A stretch of DNA of 64,000 nt from Malacoraja senta (GCA_038087875.1 CM075989.1:8124001-8188000), one strand, 5' to 3'. Shown: positions 49,691 through 61,995, counted from the stretch's first letter. Translations and numbers: made by a program. Notes: generated by a model from the letters alone, not told the origin.

Positions 49691-51154
49691 GTGTGCCGAT
49701 TTGGAACCATGAACTGAAAATTGTAGTTGTCATTGGAGAGGACGCTTTGTTTAATATAACAATTTCTCCTGCACTATCCTTCTATCCACTTTAACTCCAC
49801 TGAAAGAGGGATTCTGTTGAAGCAGTCTTTTAAAAAATAACTTGGTGTGTAATTTATGTAAAATTGTGTTTTTGTGTTTAGTCTGAGACGCTGCAGCAAG
49901 CACAATTTTTCATTGTACCTGTACCTCAACATACTTGTGCTCATGACAATAACCCGACTTGACAGTTGGCATGTCCCTTCATCAAGATTAAATTCTGAAC
50001 GCAAGATTTATAACAAAGTACATCTTGGACTGACTTACTCGCCCAGCTCCCAATAAATTCTCAGTGGATGAATTTGAGAAAGATAACCCAACAATATCAA
50101 CAACAAAAATTATATCCTCAGATTTTAGATTTACAAACAAGTTTAAAACAGTTATTTCTTGATCAGTAAGGTAATGTTAAAACATTTAACGCATACCTTC
50201 TGAACATAAGAGTAGTTTTGCTATGTTACTAAACAGTCTCCTTAGAGATTCTCCCTTCAATTCTAGAGACTCACAATATTTAAGTATCCAGATTAGCATT
50301 TGAATCACTGGACCTCAAAGATTAAAGACCAAGATGGAGGTAGATGGGACAGACGAATACTGGATGGTGGCATGGTCGGTATAGGCTGTAGACGTATTTC
50401 TATGCTGCGACCATTAAAAATTAAATATTTAACAAAGATTGGCTTATAAAAGTTCTAAGCATTTTTACATGAAACCCAGGATGCCAATTTCTTTAAAAGA
50501 GAATGTTCATATTTTCTATTAAAGGCAGATGAGTTTTCTCTGAGGTGCCACAGAGCAAGTAACAATTTTTAAAAGCAAAGTGATAAGACATTAGGCAAAT
50601 CTGAAGTCGTAGACCCAATCATATTAGCTCCTTAGAAATGGTTCCTCAGTAGGCTTCAAGAGAACATATAACATAATATAGTTTAATTGCATTGAATGTT
50701 TTTGAATCCAGGCCAACAAAATTACAAATATGAAGCGACAATTTTCTAGCTTCTTCACTACTTAACATTCATGTTTACATTAAGTATTGACTGGGTAAAG
50801 AAAATCTAATTTCCATTTTAAAAGCAAGTACTTCACAGCAGTCATTATAATTCAGTGAGCATTCACAATTCAATTCATTTACTCCACCTACTGCTCCTTA
50901 ATCAAATCATTGCATTCCATGTCATTGAAATGGGGGAAAAACAGCCATTAAACAATGCTGAGTAATATTCTACCCAACTTAATCAGTATATAATACTCCT
51001 CCTAAAAACAGAGGGGCACACACTGAGTGTTCTATGTAACAATAGAATCAAAAGATTGCAATAAATAAATTAAACAAAACTCCAATTGTCTTCTCCTTTC
51101 AACTCATTACATAATTATATACTCAATAAAAACTGCGGTGACTTTCTTGCACTA

Positions 51155-51212
51155 TGCACATAAAATGTTGCAAATTTAACTGCACATAAAATGTTGCAAA
51201 TTTAACTGCACA
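51155..51212. repeat. Tandem duplication, 26-bp unit x2.2
   Basis: tgcacataaaatgttgcaaatttaac twice, then tgcaca. Confidence 0.9.
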
Positions 51213-51242
51213 AAAATGAATAAATTAAATGATACACATTTA

Positions 51243-51845
51243 AAGGCCTGTCTCACGAGTCTGCGGTCTATGGCGGCGAAACGGGAGGAATCTGCCGCCA
51301 TAGACCGCGCACTCGTGAGAAAGTACAATTCCTGGGCCGTGCGGCGGTGTTCCCAACACCGCGCGGTGCTAAAATAAAAACGACAATGTCCAAAACAAAA
51401 TACTCACCGCACAACCTCCACCAGTGATGCACGAGTGCGCACGGCCACTCGCACGGGCCGCCACCAGTATGGCTCGAGCGCCGTGCGTCAAACCTCCACT
51501 GGCACAGCCTCCGCCAGTGACGCACGTGCCGCTGCCAGTCAGGCACGTGTGCTGCACGGCCGCAGGCACAGCCACCGCTACAGCGCCGCGATCAGGATGG
51601 CCGCCGCCACAGCCGCCGCTGGTGAGTCACGTGCGGCGGGCCGGCGTCATCGCAGTCGGCCTGCCCTTTTTTTACTTACCGCAAGCACGTGGGACCCGCC
51701 GTGTTTGAATTAACTCGGCCCCCGCGCAGCATCCGTGCGGCGCTCCGGTGGATAGGCTCGACGCTCTCGCCGTTGCCGCACGGTCCTCGCTACCGGCGAC
51801 GCCGCGCTTCACCGCCGATGACCGCAAACAGGTAAGACAGAGCCT
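51243..51845. mobile_element. GC/CpG-rich PIF/Harbinger-type MITE, about 600 bp
   Basis: Imperfect ~40-bp TIRs: aaggcctgtctcacgagtctgcggtctatggcggcgaa vs reverse complement aggctctgtcttacctgtttgcggtcatcggcggtgaa. TTA at 51240-51242 and 51846-51848. The TIR start resembles that of the 28515 MITE. Confidence 0.78.
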
Positions 51846-51920
51846 TTAATGTTATCACATCTCTTGAATTAGTTCAATATTTGAAAAACTGCAACTGCTC
51901 AATTGTGGGACTCATTACAA

Positions 51921-52670
51921 GATACATTTATTTGTCACATGTACCAATTGGTACAGTGAAATGTGTGGTCACCATACAGCCATACGAATAATAAAGAGCA
52001 CAGAACACGATAGGTTTTAACAGACATCCCCCCACACAGCGGGATCAAAGTTTCCCACTGTGAGGGAAGGCTCCAAAATTCAGTCATCCTTCTCTGTTGT
52101 CCTCCCTTGGTCGGGGGGGGGGGCTCCCGAGCCCCCGCTGTCGCCACTATGGGCGGCCCGATGTTCAAGCCCGCTCGCCGGGGTGATGGAAGACCGACGT
52201 CGGGACTGGAGGGCATCCTCCGCAGCTTGGACATCCGAAACGGCCACCTCCTACCAGAGTCCGCGGCTTCCGAAGTCCACAGACCGCGCCGGGCGGAGAT
52301 TCAACGCTGGCGGCCCTCGGCAAATGGCCCCAGGTCTCCGCAATTTTGAAAACAGCGCCGGCCGCGCTGGAAGCTCTGCAGCTCCGATGTTGATGCAGCA
52401 GGCCCAGCACTCCGGAGCCTCCACGGCGATCCCAGGTAAGGCATCGCCTGCTCCGCTGTGAATCCAGCGTTGCGCCGCCATTGCTGGAGCTCTGGTCCGG
52501 TCCCTGGCAGGAAAGGCCGCTCCAATCCAGGTGGTAGGCCGCGAGGAGGGGGGCGAGGACGCGACTCGGAGAATAGTCGCGTCCTCACCAGGAAGTGACT
52601 GGGAAACGGTTTCCCCCTTACCCTACCCCCCTCCCCCACATAGAAAAGTTAGAGAAACTAACTAAATTAG
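51921..52670 (-). mobile_element. GC-rich non-coding repeat with a Rex1/Babar-like 3' tail (unclassified non-autonomous retroposon)
   Basis: Minus-strand end tttcactgtaccaattggtacatgtgacaaataaa resembles the tails at ~19911-19947 and ~27248-27280. Abrupt GC step at both edges. Confidence 0.55.
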
Positions 52671-52784
52671 GTAAGTTAATCAACTCAATAAACTCTTATT
52701 AGGATCAAAACAGGTTTGTGATGTGCCAGAATTCAATCCTAGTCCTGAAAGCATAGAAACCTGGAACAGATGTGATATGACTGA

Positions 52785-53230
52785 CAAGAACATAACAAAT
52801 CAGGAGGTGGTTATTCAGTCCCACGAGTCTGTTCTGCCATTCAACATAGATGATTTTCCTGTCCTATCCCCTTATTCTCCCAATATGTAAAAATCTAGTA
52901 ATTTGTTTTGAATGAAGCGATGAGTGAGCCTATATTGCACCAAGGTTGAGAATTCCAACGATTCACCAATCTTTGCGAGAACATATATCTTATTTCCATC
53001 CTAAATGGCCTACCCTTACTTTGAGATCATGGTATCCAGTTCTAAATTCTTCACCCAGTGGAAACATCCTCCCCGCATCTACAGTTAAGCACTTTAAGAA
53101 TTTTATATGTATGAATGATGTCATTTGTCCAGACATCGACTCTGAAGAACAGAGGCCTAGCCACTCTATCTTTCCTCGTGTCAGACTCATTATCCCAAGA
53201 CAATCTTCACTGCACTCCCCTACAGCGTAA
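52785..53230 (-). mobile_element. Old CR1-like 3' fragment
   Basis: VDAGRMFPLGEEFRTGYHDLKVR..., gattggtgaatcgttggaattctc, and a CR1 tail remnant. Confidence 0.7.
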
Positions 53231-54842
53231 GGAGATGAAAATTGTACAGCCAGTCAAATTTATTAAGTTATATTGCCTAAATGCTCCTCCAGGAAATACA
53301 AATAGAGTTTGCATTATTTTACTTCTAAAAGGCTCCAAAAGGCTAATTGGCATGCATTTATCTGGATAAATGCACTTTTGCTTCAAAATACAAACTACTT
53401 TCATTCTTTCATAATGTAGGACCTGAAAGGTATCTAATAATCTATTCATGGCTAAAACGATTCTCCCCCAGTTCTCCAAATAAAATTATACATACCACTG
53501 TAGACAGAGTCAATAGTGGGAAGTCTGGGCTGTGTGATGGACTGGGCTACATCAACAACTCTTGGCAATTTCTCACGGTCTTGGGCAGAGCTGTTCACAA
53601 ACTAAGCTGTGATGCAACCTGACATTATACTTTCTATGGTGAATCTGTAGAAACAGTATGCTTTCTAAGTGCATCAGCCGCACTACTAATCTATTAAAAA
53701 TCTAATTTACTAAAAATGCTTTGGGTTCTTAGGAGAACATGTCACGGTATAATTACATTTATGTCACAATGGGTGTGAAAATGGAAGCAATTTATTAGGT
53801 GGGAGAAGACAAATTCTGGAAATATTTGTTTGTTAATACATAGAAAGAAAATATGACCAAATTACATGTTTGAGACCTCTCAATACCGTCAATTATAACT
53901 ACTTGTTTCCTATCTTTACACAGCTGCCTTTACAACGTTACACATTGGCAACCAAAATACAGGTGTAACTGGACAGGTACTGGCTCCGGGTATTTTTCAG
54001 AAGCTCTTGCTGAGACTTATTTACTAGAAATTAATTTGGATATTAGATTAATGCCCCAATCTTAACAGGATGCAGGTGAAGAGGCAAGGTGGTCTTATCC
54101 TGCTACTCTGGCGAGATGGTACACATGGACCTTATTTATGTTCCGGGTATCCCAATGTCAAGTAGATATGGTCTGCACAGGAAATAAAGGCATTGGCCAG
54201 CTGTTTTGATCAACTGCTGCTTAAAAAAAGCTAACAAATAGATCTTGTTGCCTTCCAGTTGGGACAACTTATTTAAACATAACTAACCAGCATTTAGGCA
54301 GGATTACAATGAGCCAAAATTTTAGGTCAACTGCTGTACCAATACTAATTATTTTACAGTATATATGTTATTTATTGAGATGTCAGAATTTACACATAAA
54401 GGTAAAGTTGAACATAATGACTGATCTTAGGGACATTGTTAATGATGAAAATTTATTCTGAACAGAACTGTGTCAGGATCCATCTTTGCACAGTGGTGTT
54501 GGTTAATCTCAGATGGTTGGACATTGCAACTCCTACAGTAGGTTCAGTACTCTTGGGTCAATAGGTATCTGGGAAACTTCCCTGAAAGGGCGTACAAAAA
54601 GACGAGTAGAAGGCTGGTGCCTGCTAGTCAGTGAAGGTTTCCTAAACTTCGTCCAATACCCAAAGCTCACATGTAGTCATTTACATCAGGGGTTGGCAAT
54701 CACAAACCTGACCAGTGAGAATCTAGAATACATTGTCAAGGGAAGGGAAGTACTCTCACAACAATTAAGATGCAAGTAGATAAGCAATTAAGAAGGTATA
54801 GAAGGCCACAGACCAAATGGAAGTAAATGGTGCAGACAAAAT

Positions 54843-54945
54843 GTGTAGGGAAGAACTGCAGATGCTGGTTTACACCGAAGATAGACACAAAACGCTGGAG
54901 CAACTAAGCGGGACAGGCAGGATATCTGGTTAGAGGAACGGGTGT
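54843..54945 (-). mobile_element. Penelope-like terminal fragment
   Basis: gtgtagggaagaactgcagatgctggtttacaccgaagatagacacaaaacgctggag, nearly identical to 34756-34810. Confidence 0.75.
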
Positions 54946-56063
54946 AGACCCTAGTATACGTAGATAAGGACGATGGTCAGCATAGAGTGGCTCAAATGCC
55001 TGTCTCTGCTGTAAGACTTTATAACAAAGGACATAATTTTCCTTTTTTTTCCTAAGTTAAAAACGAAGATGGTCAAGACAGAGCGAGATGATTTGATTCA
55101 CCAAAATGAATGCAAAAACCCACAAAATTCGAACAGTATGAAAAATTCATTTCCTTCCAGTCAGATGAATCCTTTTATCATATTTTTTGATGGTGGATTA
55201 CATGCTTGAAGAACTTTACCTAATATAACAGGAAATGTTGGTTAGCTTCCAAATCAAATCCTGCTTTTTATCAAAATACCAATTGTCAGAAAATATTGCA
55301 CTCCATTCTGGGCCATCTGTGGGCATCATTGCAAAGGTTGCAGAAATTGGCTCCATTATTTTTTTCCCTTGAAAATATCTGACTTCGCTTAAAAGAGATA
55401 AAAAGCACTTTCTAATATCCTGAAGTTTTGAGATAAATTTAAAAAATAAGCCCTTTAACACAAATCATTAAGTGTTCCAAACATGTTCAGCATCCGTAAT
55501 CAAATGAAAAAATGATCATGTCTCAAGTGATCATTTCAAGTTTCACAATTAGCCAGATATACAATTTAGTAAAATATAACCTGATCATACTTCTGTCTTT
55601 ATATTGTGGGTGTCCCACCAATATACAAATTGAAACTCTGGAGTTAAATTCACAAGTAGCACATGTAGTAATTTTAAAGGGCACGTATAATGAACCATAA
55701 AAGTATGATATTCATTATTTCACTTGGGGTTCTATGCATACCTATACCATTTCAGAATAAAGACAATTTGATGGGCTTCTGCGCTTTATTTAATTTAAAT
55801 GTTTTAAAATTAAAGCACTTTAATATATAGCACTTGCCCTCAAATTTATAGTTTGACCTCTCAAAAAAATGTGCATGAATCTGTTGAACTATTTTGTTGG
55901 TAACTTAAAGCACAGAAATAAAGCCTCTCATTATGGCGAGCAACCACGTTAATACATAAAATCCTCGACTTGTAAGCACAGGAAAACTGCTGTCGAAAAT
56001 GGTTGATTACATTTTGGGATGTGGGAAAAATTATAACAGGTAATTTTCTAAAGCAAAACCTAC

Positions 56064-56676
56064 CTTCAATACCACTGATGCACTTCACACGGTCGCGGAC
56101 TTCCACATTGTAGCCTTCAAATGACATGAATACCCCATCTGGCCGGTAAGTACCCCGCGGGGTGTATACTTTTGAATAACTGTGAGAAAACTCAAACCGT
56201 TCGTAACCATCGTACTGGGCAATCTTTCCATAAACCTCAAAATATTTCTCAATCCAGCTGAAGGGCAGATAAACCTCATTGCCTTCCTTCCTGCCTTTTA
56301 TTGTGTAGTCATCATTTATTAAACAATCCATTTCTTCATATTTAATACTCAACAGTTTATTGGCATTGTTGTTCAGAACACTGGCAACAGGAGGGGCCCT
56401 CTGCTGTTCCTGGTGAAATGCATCTGCAGATGGCTGCTTTGCTGCAGGCTTTCCCCCTCTTAAAAGGTTAGCCAGATCGTTGTCGTCTTCAGAGTCAAAT
56501 TCTCTCTTTTCCAATGCTCCTTTTCCAACCAGGTTCTCGAGGTGGCCGAGATGTCTTGGAAAATGAATTGCTTTGTCACTCGAGCATTTGTTCCACAAAA
56601 GTACAGTGACCAGTGTAAATAGAGCACAGATGATAATCAAGGTCTTGTAGTTCACTCGAGCTGCCAAGCAACGCAT
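56064..56676 (-). CDS. GLCE: D-glucuronyl C5-epimerase, first coding exon
   Basis: ATG at 56676 gives [37 protein letters not shown] (type II membrane anchor) through [20 protein letters not shown]. Donor GTagg at 56063-56062. Acceptor AG at 56691-56690 leaves 13 nt of 5' UTR in the exon. 613 coding nt, phase 1. Confidence 0.96.
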
Positions 56677-56678
56677 AT

Positions 56679-56687
56679 TCACATCAT
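56679..56687 (-). promoter_or_regulatory. Minimal upstream ORF (ATG ATG TGA) ending 2 nt before the GLCE start codon
   Basis: The exon starts GT-ATGATGTGA-AT-ATGCGT on the minus strand. Confidence 0.6.
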
Positions 56688-56835
56688 ACCTGTATATTAA
56701 AAAAAACAAAATACACCAGATTAAAAATAATGACCATTTACGCTTTTTCTGTTCAACATTTAAAAAGTTAAAACTATGAAACCGGACTTTCAGTTTACAA
56801 GTCATGGTCTTATAATCACAGAAATTTAAACTATA

Positions 56836-58434
56836 CTAGACCAATTGGGACCCCCCCTGTCACACGGGAGGCCTGGTCCCCCAAAGCAACCCGTTCCCCA
56901 AGGCAATATTCCACCACTCACTCTTTTCTCCAACACAACCCGTTCCCCCAACGCAAAATTCCACCACTCACCCATAGCCGACAACTGCGCAGGGCTGCTC
57001 ATTTTGCCTTATTCACCCTCCCTCATTTTAAACATTAACAAAAAATGTAATTGCACCTGCTAGCAAGCAGAACTTGTCAAAGTTCTTGTTGTCAAATTTT
57101 GTTTCAAAAAAACAGATAGCAACAAAAACTGTTCAAGGTAAAACCATGGCAATCTTTAATTGATTCGTCAGACGGGAGTGGCGATCTACAATGAGCACAA
57201 ACGGTGCTCAGTGCTTCTCGGGCTCCCACTCTCAGAACAAAGGCGAGTTAGCACAATTATACATTTTTCTTATCAGTAAGACACTCCTACCAAGTCTGAA
57301 TATGGCATGACTGAAAGATTCTGCAGTCTTTCAGAAGATAGGAAGGCTGGGTCCAAATCGAGCTCATCCAATAACAAGTTATTTCTTATCTCTGGAGCGT
57401 CAGCTATTTTTTCAATCTTGGCTTCTTTATGGCCTTGAGTGAAGCACATGTTATTACTGCAGGCTGCTATCTTAATGTCTTTATTGAAAAGACAACCTAT
57501 CCTCCATATTGTGTTCATTCAATTTACAAAGTCATTCAGACTTGGCACTGAGCCATTCTTTTGTTCTACTAGATCATGCTTTTGTAGAAGAACGACTCCA
57601 TTTTAGATTTAACTATTAGATTTGACTATTAGCTCTTTCACTGTGACTTAAAAAAATGCAATTGCACTTGCTAGGGCTAGCAGGACTCGGTGTACTTGGA
57701 TAGCAACAATTTTGCGAGCAGGGCTACAATCAGGGAATAAGCGAAAGACAGTCATTTTTATTTCAAAGTTTTGTCAGATATTTGAACATTTTCATTAATA
57801 ACTTGAGAAATAAAGCATGAATTTTTCAGATAAGCGATTTTGGACTGCAGGGGGGAAATCTTCTTTTTTCGAGAAGATGTGATTACACACAAACACCAAG
57901 TGTAGACCTGTTGGGTCTGCTCCCCCAACGCACCCGTCCCCTACAGGAGGCGTGGTCCTCCATCTCAACCCGTTGCAGAAGGTAAGATTCGGGCACTCCT
58001 CAGCAAAGATCATAGCTCGTGAGCCTCCCCCAGCACTGGAGTTGGAAAAATAAATCAATCCCCAATTGCAATACCTCCCCCTCCTGTCCTGTCAGGAGCT
58101 ATGATGTCAGCTGCACTTGCTATGAGATGCCATTGAGCTGAAAAGTTCAGTGTTGCTGGCAGTGTTCCTGTCTTGCAACTTTGTATCAAAGTGTATTGGA
58201 AGCTCTGAGGAATGATTTTAAAGTAAAACCATTTTAAATCCAAAGTATTTTTGAACATTTTTATTAACAACTCGTGAAATAAAGCATGACATTTTCAGAT
58301 AAGGCAATTTTGGACTGCACGGAAAAAATCTCTACCGGAATATGTAAAAATGTTACCGTTAGCGTGTCGTTTTCTCAAGATGTGATTACACCAACACAAA
58401 TAAAGAAACAAGATCAGTTTTAATAGTTACATGA
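56836..58434 (-). mobile_element. Probable non-autonomous Helitron (composite of two related units)
   Basis: On the minus strand: host A (58435), 5'-TCatgtaactattaaaa..., GC-rich hairpin gggacc...ggtccc (~56880-56847), aattggt, CTAG-3' (56839-56836), host T (56835). No TSD. Internal direct repeat ~57797-57892 vs ~58266-58398, with a second hairpin at ~57901-57921. Confidence 0.6.
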
Positions 58435-60174
58435 TTACCTCAAAATGCATTTATATACTTTATCTTTACTTTGATGCTGTGCAAAAAAAACAGATGTCAA
58501 GGTCTTTGTACTCAACATCAATCTACTGGGCATAAAATAAATCAGCATTATGATGTAGGTGGTAAAAGCCAAAAAAGATTTGTGATAGGTCTTAAGAAAT
58601 ACTTCTATGTCTTATGCTCTTATGACCCAAGTTGAAATCTTATTGTTTCTTTACTTGATGACTGAGGTAAATATTGCAATTTGTGCTCAAAGCTATAGTT
58701 GTTGCTATAATAATAATAAATTTTATTTATATAGCGCTTTTCAGGACTCAAAGTCGCTTAGGGACATGGAATATTTCTTCCCATTTCAAGTGTTCACAAT
58801 TAAACATAACATTACTGAAATTACTCAGAAAGTCTCACTAGTTTGCCCCAAAGATACACCTCAATAATTTAACTTCAATCCCACCCCACCCTTACAGCAT
58901 TCTTAAAAAGTTGTAAAAACCAAAAGAATAAACAAGCGTAATAGTGTGCAATTTGCATTGTACCGTTTTCACTAAGTTTTGATCAGTCACAATTTCCACA
59001 AATTGCCAGGATTTAAAAACTACATTTACATGAAACATAGTGTAGATAGATAAATGGTTGTGTACTTGCAGGTAATTATAAATATTACTTAAATAGAATT
59101 ATATTCTACATCTGCAAATATTTTCCACAGTATTGGGTTTGGACCTGAAGAGTTCCAGGGTTATGGAATCTGAGCAGTTCTTTTCACAGGTTGAATGGCC
59201 TTACGTCATGAATTTGAGGGTTCTATGATTTTGGATCCATATCTCAGCTACTTTCCATTCAATCTAAAATGTTAGCAAGCTTCTTCCTCATAGAACACAA
59301 ACCATGCAAATTAAACAACACATGCTTGAACTGTATAAACAATAGATAGGCTACAGCTTAATAAACAATATGTCATATCAAAAACCTTGGCTAAAGTAGA
59401 ATACTTGCCTTGTGTCAAACTAGCAATTTAAAATGAAATAAAATGGTTTGGGATAGTTCACTCCTATTTCTACTACTAGACAGTATAATCTGGTAGTTTT
59501 AAAAAATCAGTTTGTTATCTTTTAAAAATAAAACAGATGAAAATGTTTCCAATTAAAATCATTTATTCTATGGAAACAGATGTCCAGTTAATTATTCACT
59601 CAAGCAGAGAAAAACCAAAAAGTGCTAATCTACTTTACTGCATTATAAGATGCCAGTCCAAAAAGCATTCCAGAATGAGCTTAAAGCTCTTAGGTACACA
59701 ATGATTTTTTTGTTTCATATAAAGGATGGAAATAAGAAGCTTAGAATGAAGTTTGAGCTCCATGGAGTAGAAAATAATTTGTTTTTAAATCTAGCAGAAA
59801 TGAACAAAAACTCACTTGGCCAATTTTTGAATAAACTGCACTACCTGCACTATATGAAATGGTTCCATATAGAGTAGGTCATCTAGAATTATATTCCATT
59901 AGTCAAAAATATGACCATCATCTGGCTTAATATACTAGGTGTCTTAGGCTCTAATCTGCATTTAAAATCAACCTTTGGTGCCACCTGTACAATGTTTGCA
60001 CATCCTCCGTAACCCTGTAGTTTCCTCCTGGGTTTCTACCCTCATGCCAAAGACACATTGAATGATGGTCTTGTCGGTTCCTGTAACTTGGTGTAGGTGT
60101 GTGGCAGGAGAATGAAAGGGTGGAGAGGTGGAAGAGATGATAGGGATGTAAGATAGAAAATGGGATTTGTTGAT

Positions 60175-61175
60175 GGTCAGCCTGGACCTAGTGGCCAGGG
60201 CAAAGAAGTTAGTCGTTGACTTCAGAAAGCAGGATACAGTACTTCTCCGTCCATATCAATGCTGTGGTGAAGCTGGTGAAGATGAAGAAGAGCTTCAAGC
60301 TCAAGGTACAAAGATAATCAACTATATATACATACATATACACATATATACACACACATAAATACACATATACATACATATATACACGCATCATAGAAAT
60401 CATCCTCCCAGGATGCATCACAGCTTGGTTTGGCAGCTGCTCTGCCCAGGACCGCAAAAATTGCAGAGTTGTTATTGCAGTCCAGTACATGACCTTCCTC
60501 GCACACACACACACACCCCAGCCCTCCCCCAATTGACTCCTTTTACACAACTGCCTTGGGAAATTACCAACTTGATCAAGGACCAGTCACATCCTAGTCA
60601 TTCCCTCTTCTCCCCTCTCCCGTCGGAAAGAAAATACAAAAGCTTGAAACTCAGTGATACAGCATGGAAACAGGTCCTTTGGCCCAACTTGCCCACACAT
60701 GTCCCAGCTACACTAGTCGCACCTGCCCGCGTTTGGTCCATATCCCTCCAAACCTGTCCTATCCATGTACCTGTCTTAACTGTTTCTTAAACATTGGGAT
60801 AATCCCTGTCTCAACTACCTCCTCTGGCAGCTTGTTCGATACACCCGTCCACTTTGTGTGAAAAAGATACCCTTCAGATTCCCAAATCTTTTTCCATTCA
60901 CCTTAAACTTAACTATGTTTCAAGAATAACTTCATCTGCGCTGTTACTTGACTCTTGAGCAGATCTCTCATGCTAAAAATGTATTCCTGTTCCAATCTAC
61001 CTCATTGCAGCTTTTACACTTTGTTTTAATCAACACTTTCTCTGTAGCTTTTAACACACCATTCTGCGCTGTTTCCTCTTTCGCACTACGTATTTACTCA
61101 TGTATGGTTTGATTGTAATCACATGTGGATGATTCACCTGTATAGCGTACAGTTTTTCATTGCACATGGGACAAT
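60175..61175 (+). mobile_element. Decayed Rex1/Babar-like fragment, containing a (TA/CA)n microsatellite (~60323-60388) and interrupted by a minus-strand CR1 3' end (~60650-60910)
   Basis: KKLVVDFRK, catagaaatcatcctcccaggatgcatcacagcttgg, NLIKDQSHPSHSLFSPLPSERKYKSLK; then a CR1 tail; then resumes at actatgtttcaagaataacttc. Confidence 0.65.
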
Positions 61176-61394
61176 ATGCTACGGTGGCTGGCTGCACAAC
61201 TAATTCTAATGGTTCAAGAATCAAATATCACAATGATAAATACCTGCTCTCTCTTAGATGTAATTTCAAAAAGTAGCTTGGAGGTTTCTGCAAATGTAAT
61301 TTTACCTGGAAGCCTCAACACTTGCCATTATAATCACACCTACCCGAAAACAATATTACTGTGGCAAAACGCCGTGTTTGTCCACAGTTACCAG

Positions 61395-61995
61395 AATTCT
61401 GTGGTAGGCAAGTTACTGGAGGGGTTTCTGAGTAATACGTTATATGTATTGGAAAGACAAGGGGTTGATTAGGGAAAGTCAGCACGGCTTGGTGCGCTGA
61501 GATTGTGTTGCACGAATTTGATCGCCTTTTTGAGGTAACCAAAAAAGTAAATGAGGACAGGGCATTAACGACATCATCTGTATGGACTTCTGCAAGGCCT
61601 TTGATAAGGTTCCACAGTAGTTTATTCTGAAAGGTCATATTGCATGGAGTCAAGGAAGAGCTAGTTTATTGAATACATAATTGGCTTGCTATTAGGAAGC
61701 AGAAGGTGATGTGGACTGGAGGCCTGTGACTAGTGTGCCTCAGGGGTCTTTACTGGGCCCATTGACTAAGGCAAGTTTGCAAATGACAATAAAATAAGTG
61801 GTATTGTGAACAGTGAAGAAGGCTAGCAAGTATCGCAGGAGGATCTTGATCAACTGGGTAAGTGGACTGAGGATCAGCAAATGAATTAAAGTCCAATGAA
61901 GTCCAATTAGAAAAAGTTGCCAGGACTTGAGGGTCTGAGTTATAGCGAAATGTTGGACACGCCAGGATTTTAATCCTTGGAGCATGGGAGAAGAG
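61395..61995 (+). mobile_element. Decayed CR1-like RT fragment with deletions
   Basis: SVVGKLLE, agtcagcacggctt (SQHGF-like), tatggacttctgcaaggcctttgataaggttccac (MDFxKAFDKVP), cctcaggggtctttactgggccc, aagtttgcaaatgac. Confidence 0.8.

Noticed and set aside
51243..52670. CpG-island promoter or GC-rich novel gene (several overlapping 70-130 aa ORFs)
   Set aside because: Explained by two adjacent transposon-like elements with TIR/TSD or LINE-type tail; long ORFs are expected in stop-poor GC-rich DNA.
55861..56805. 314-aa ORF as a full-length or N-terminally extended GLCE
   Set aside because: The extensions are intron read-through on both sides. A good acceptor at 56691-56690 and donor at 56063-56062 delimit the real exon, and MRCLAARV is the known N-terminus.
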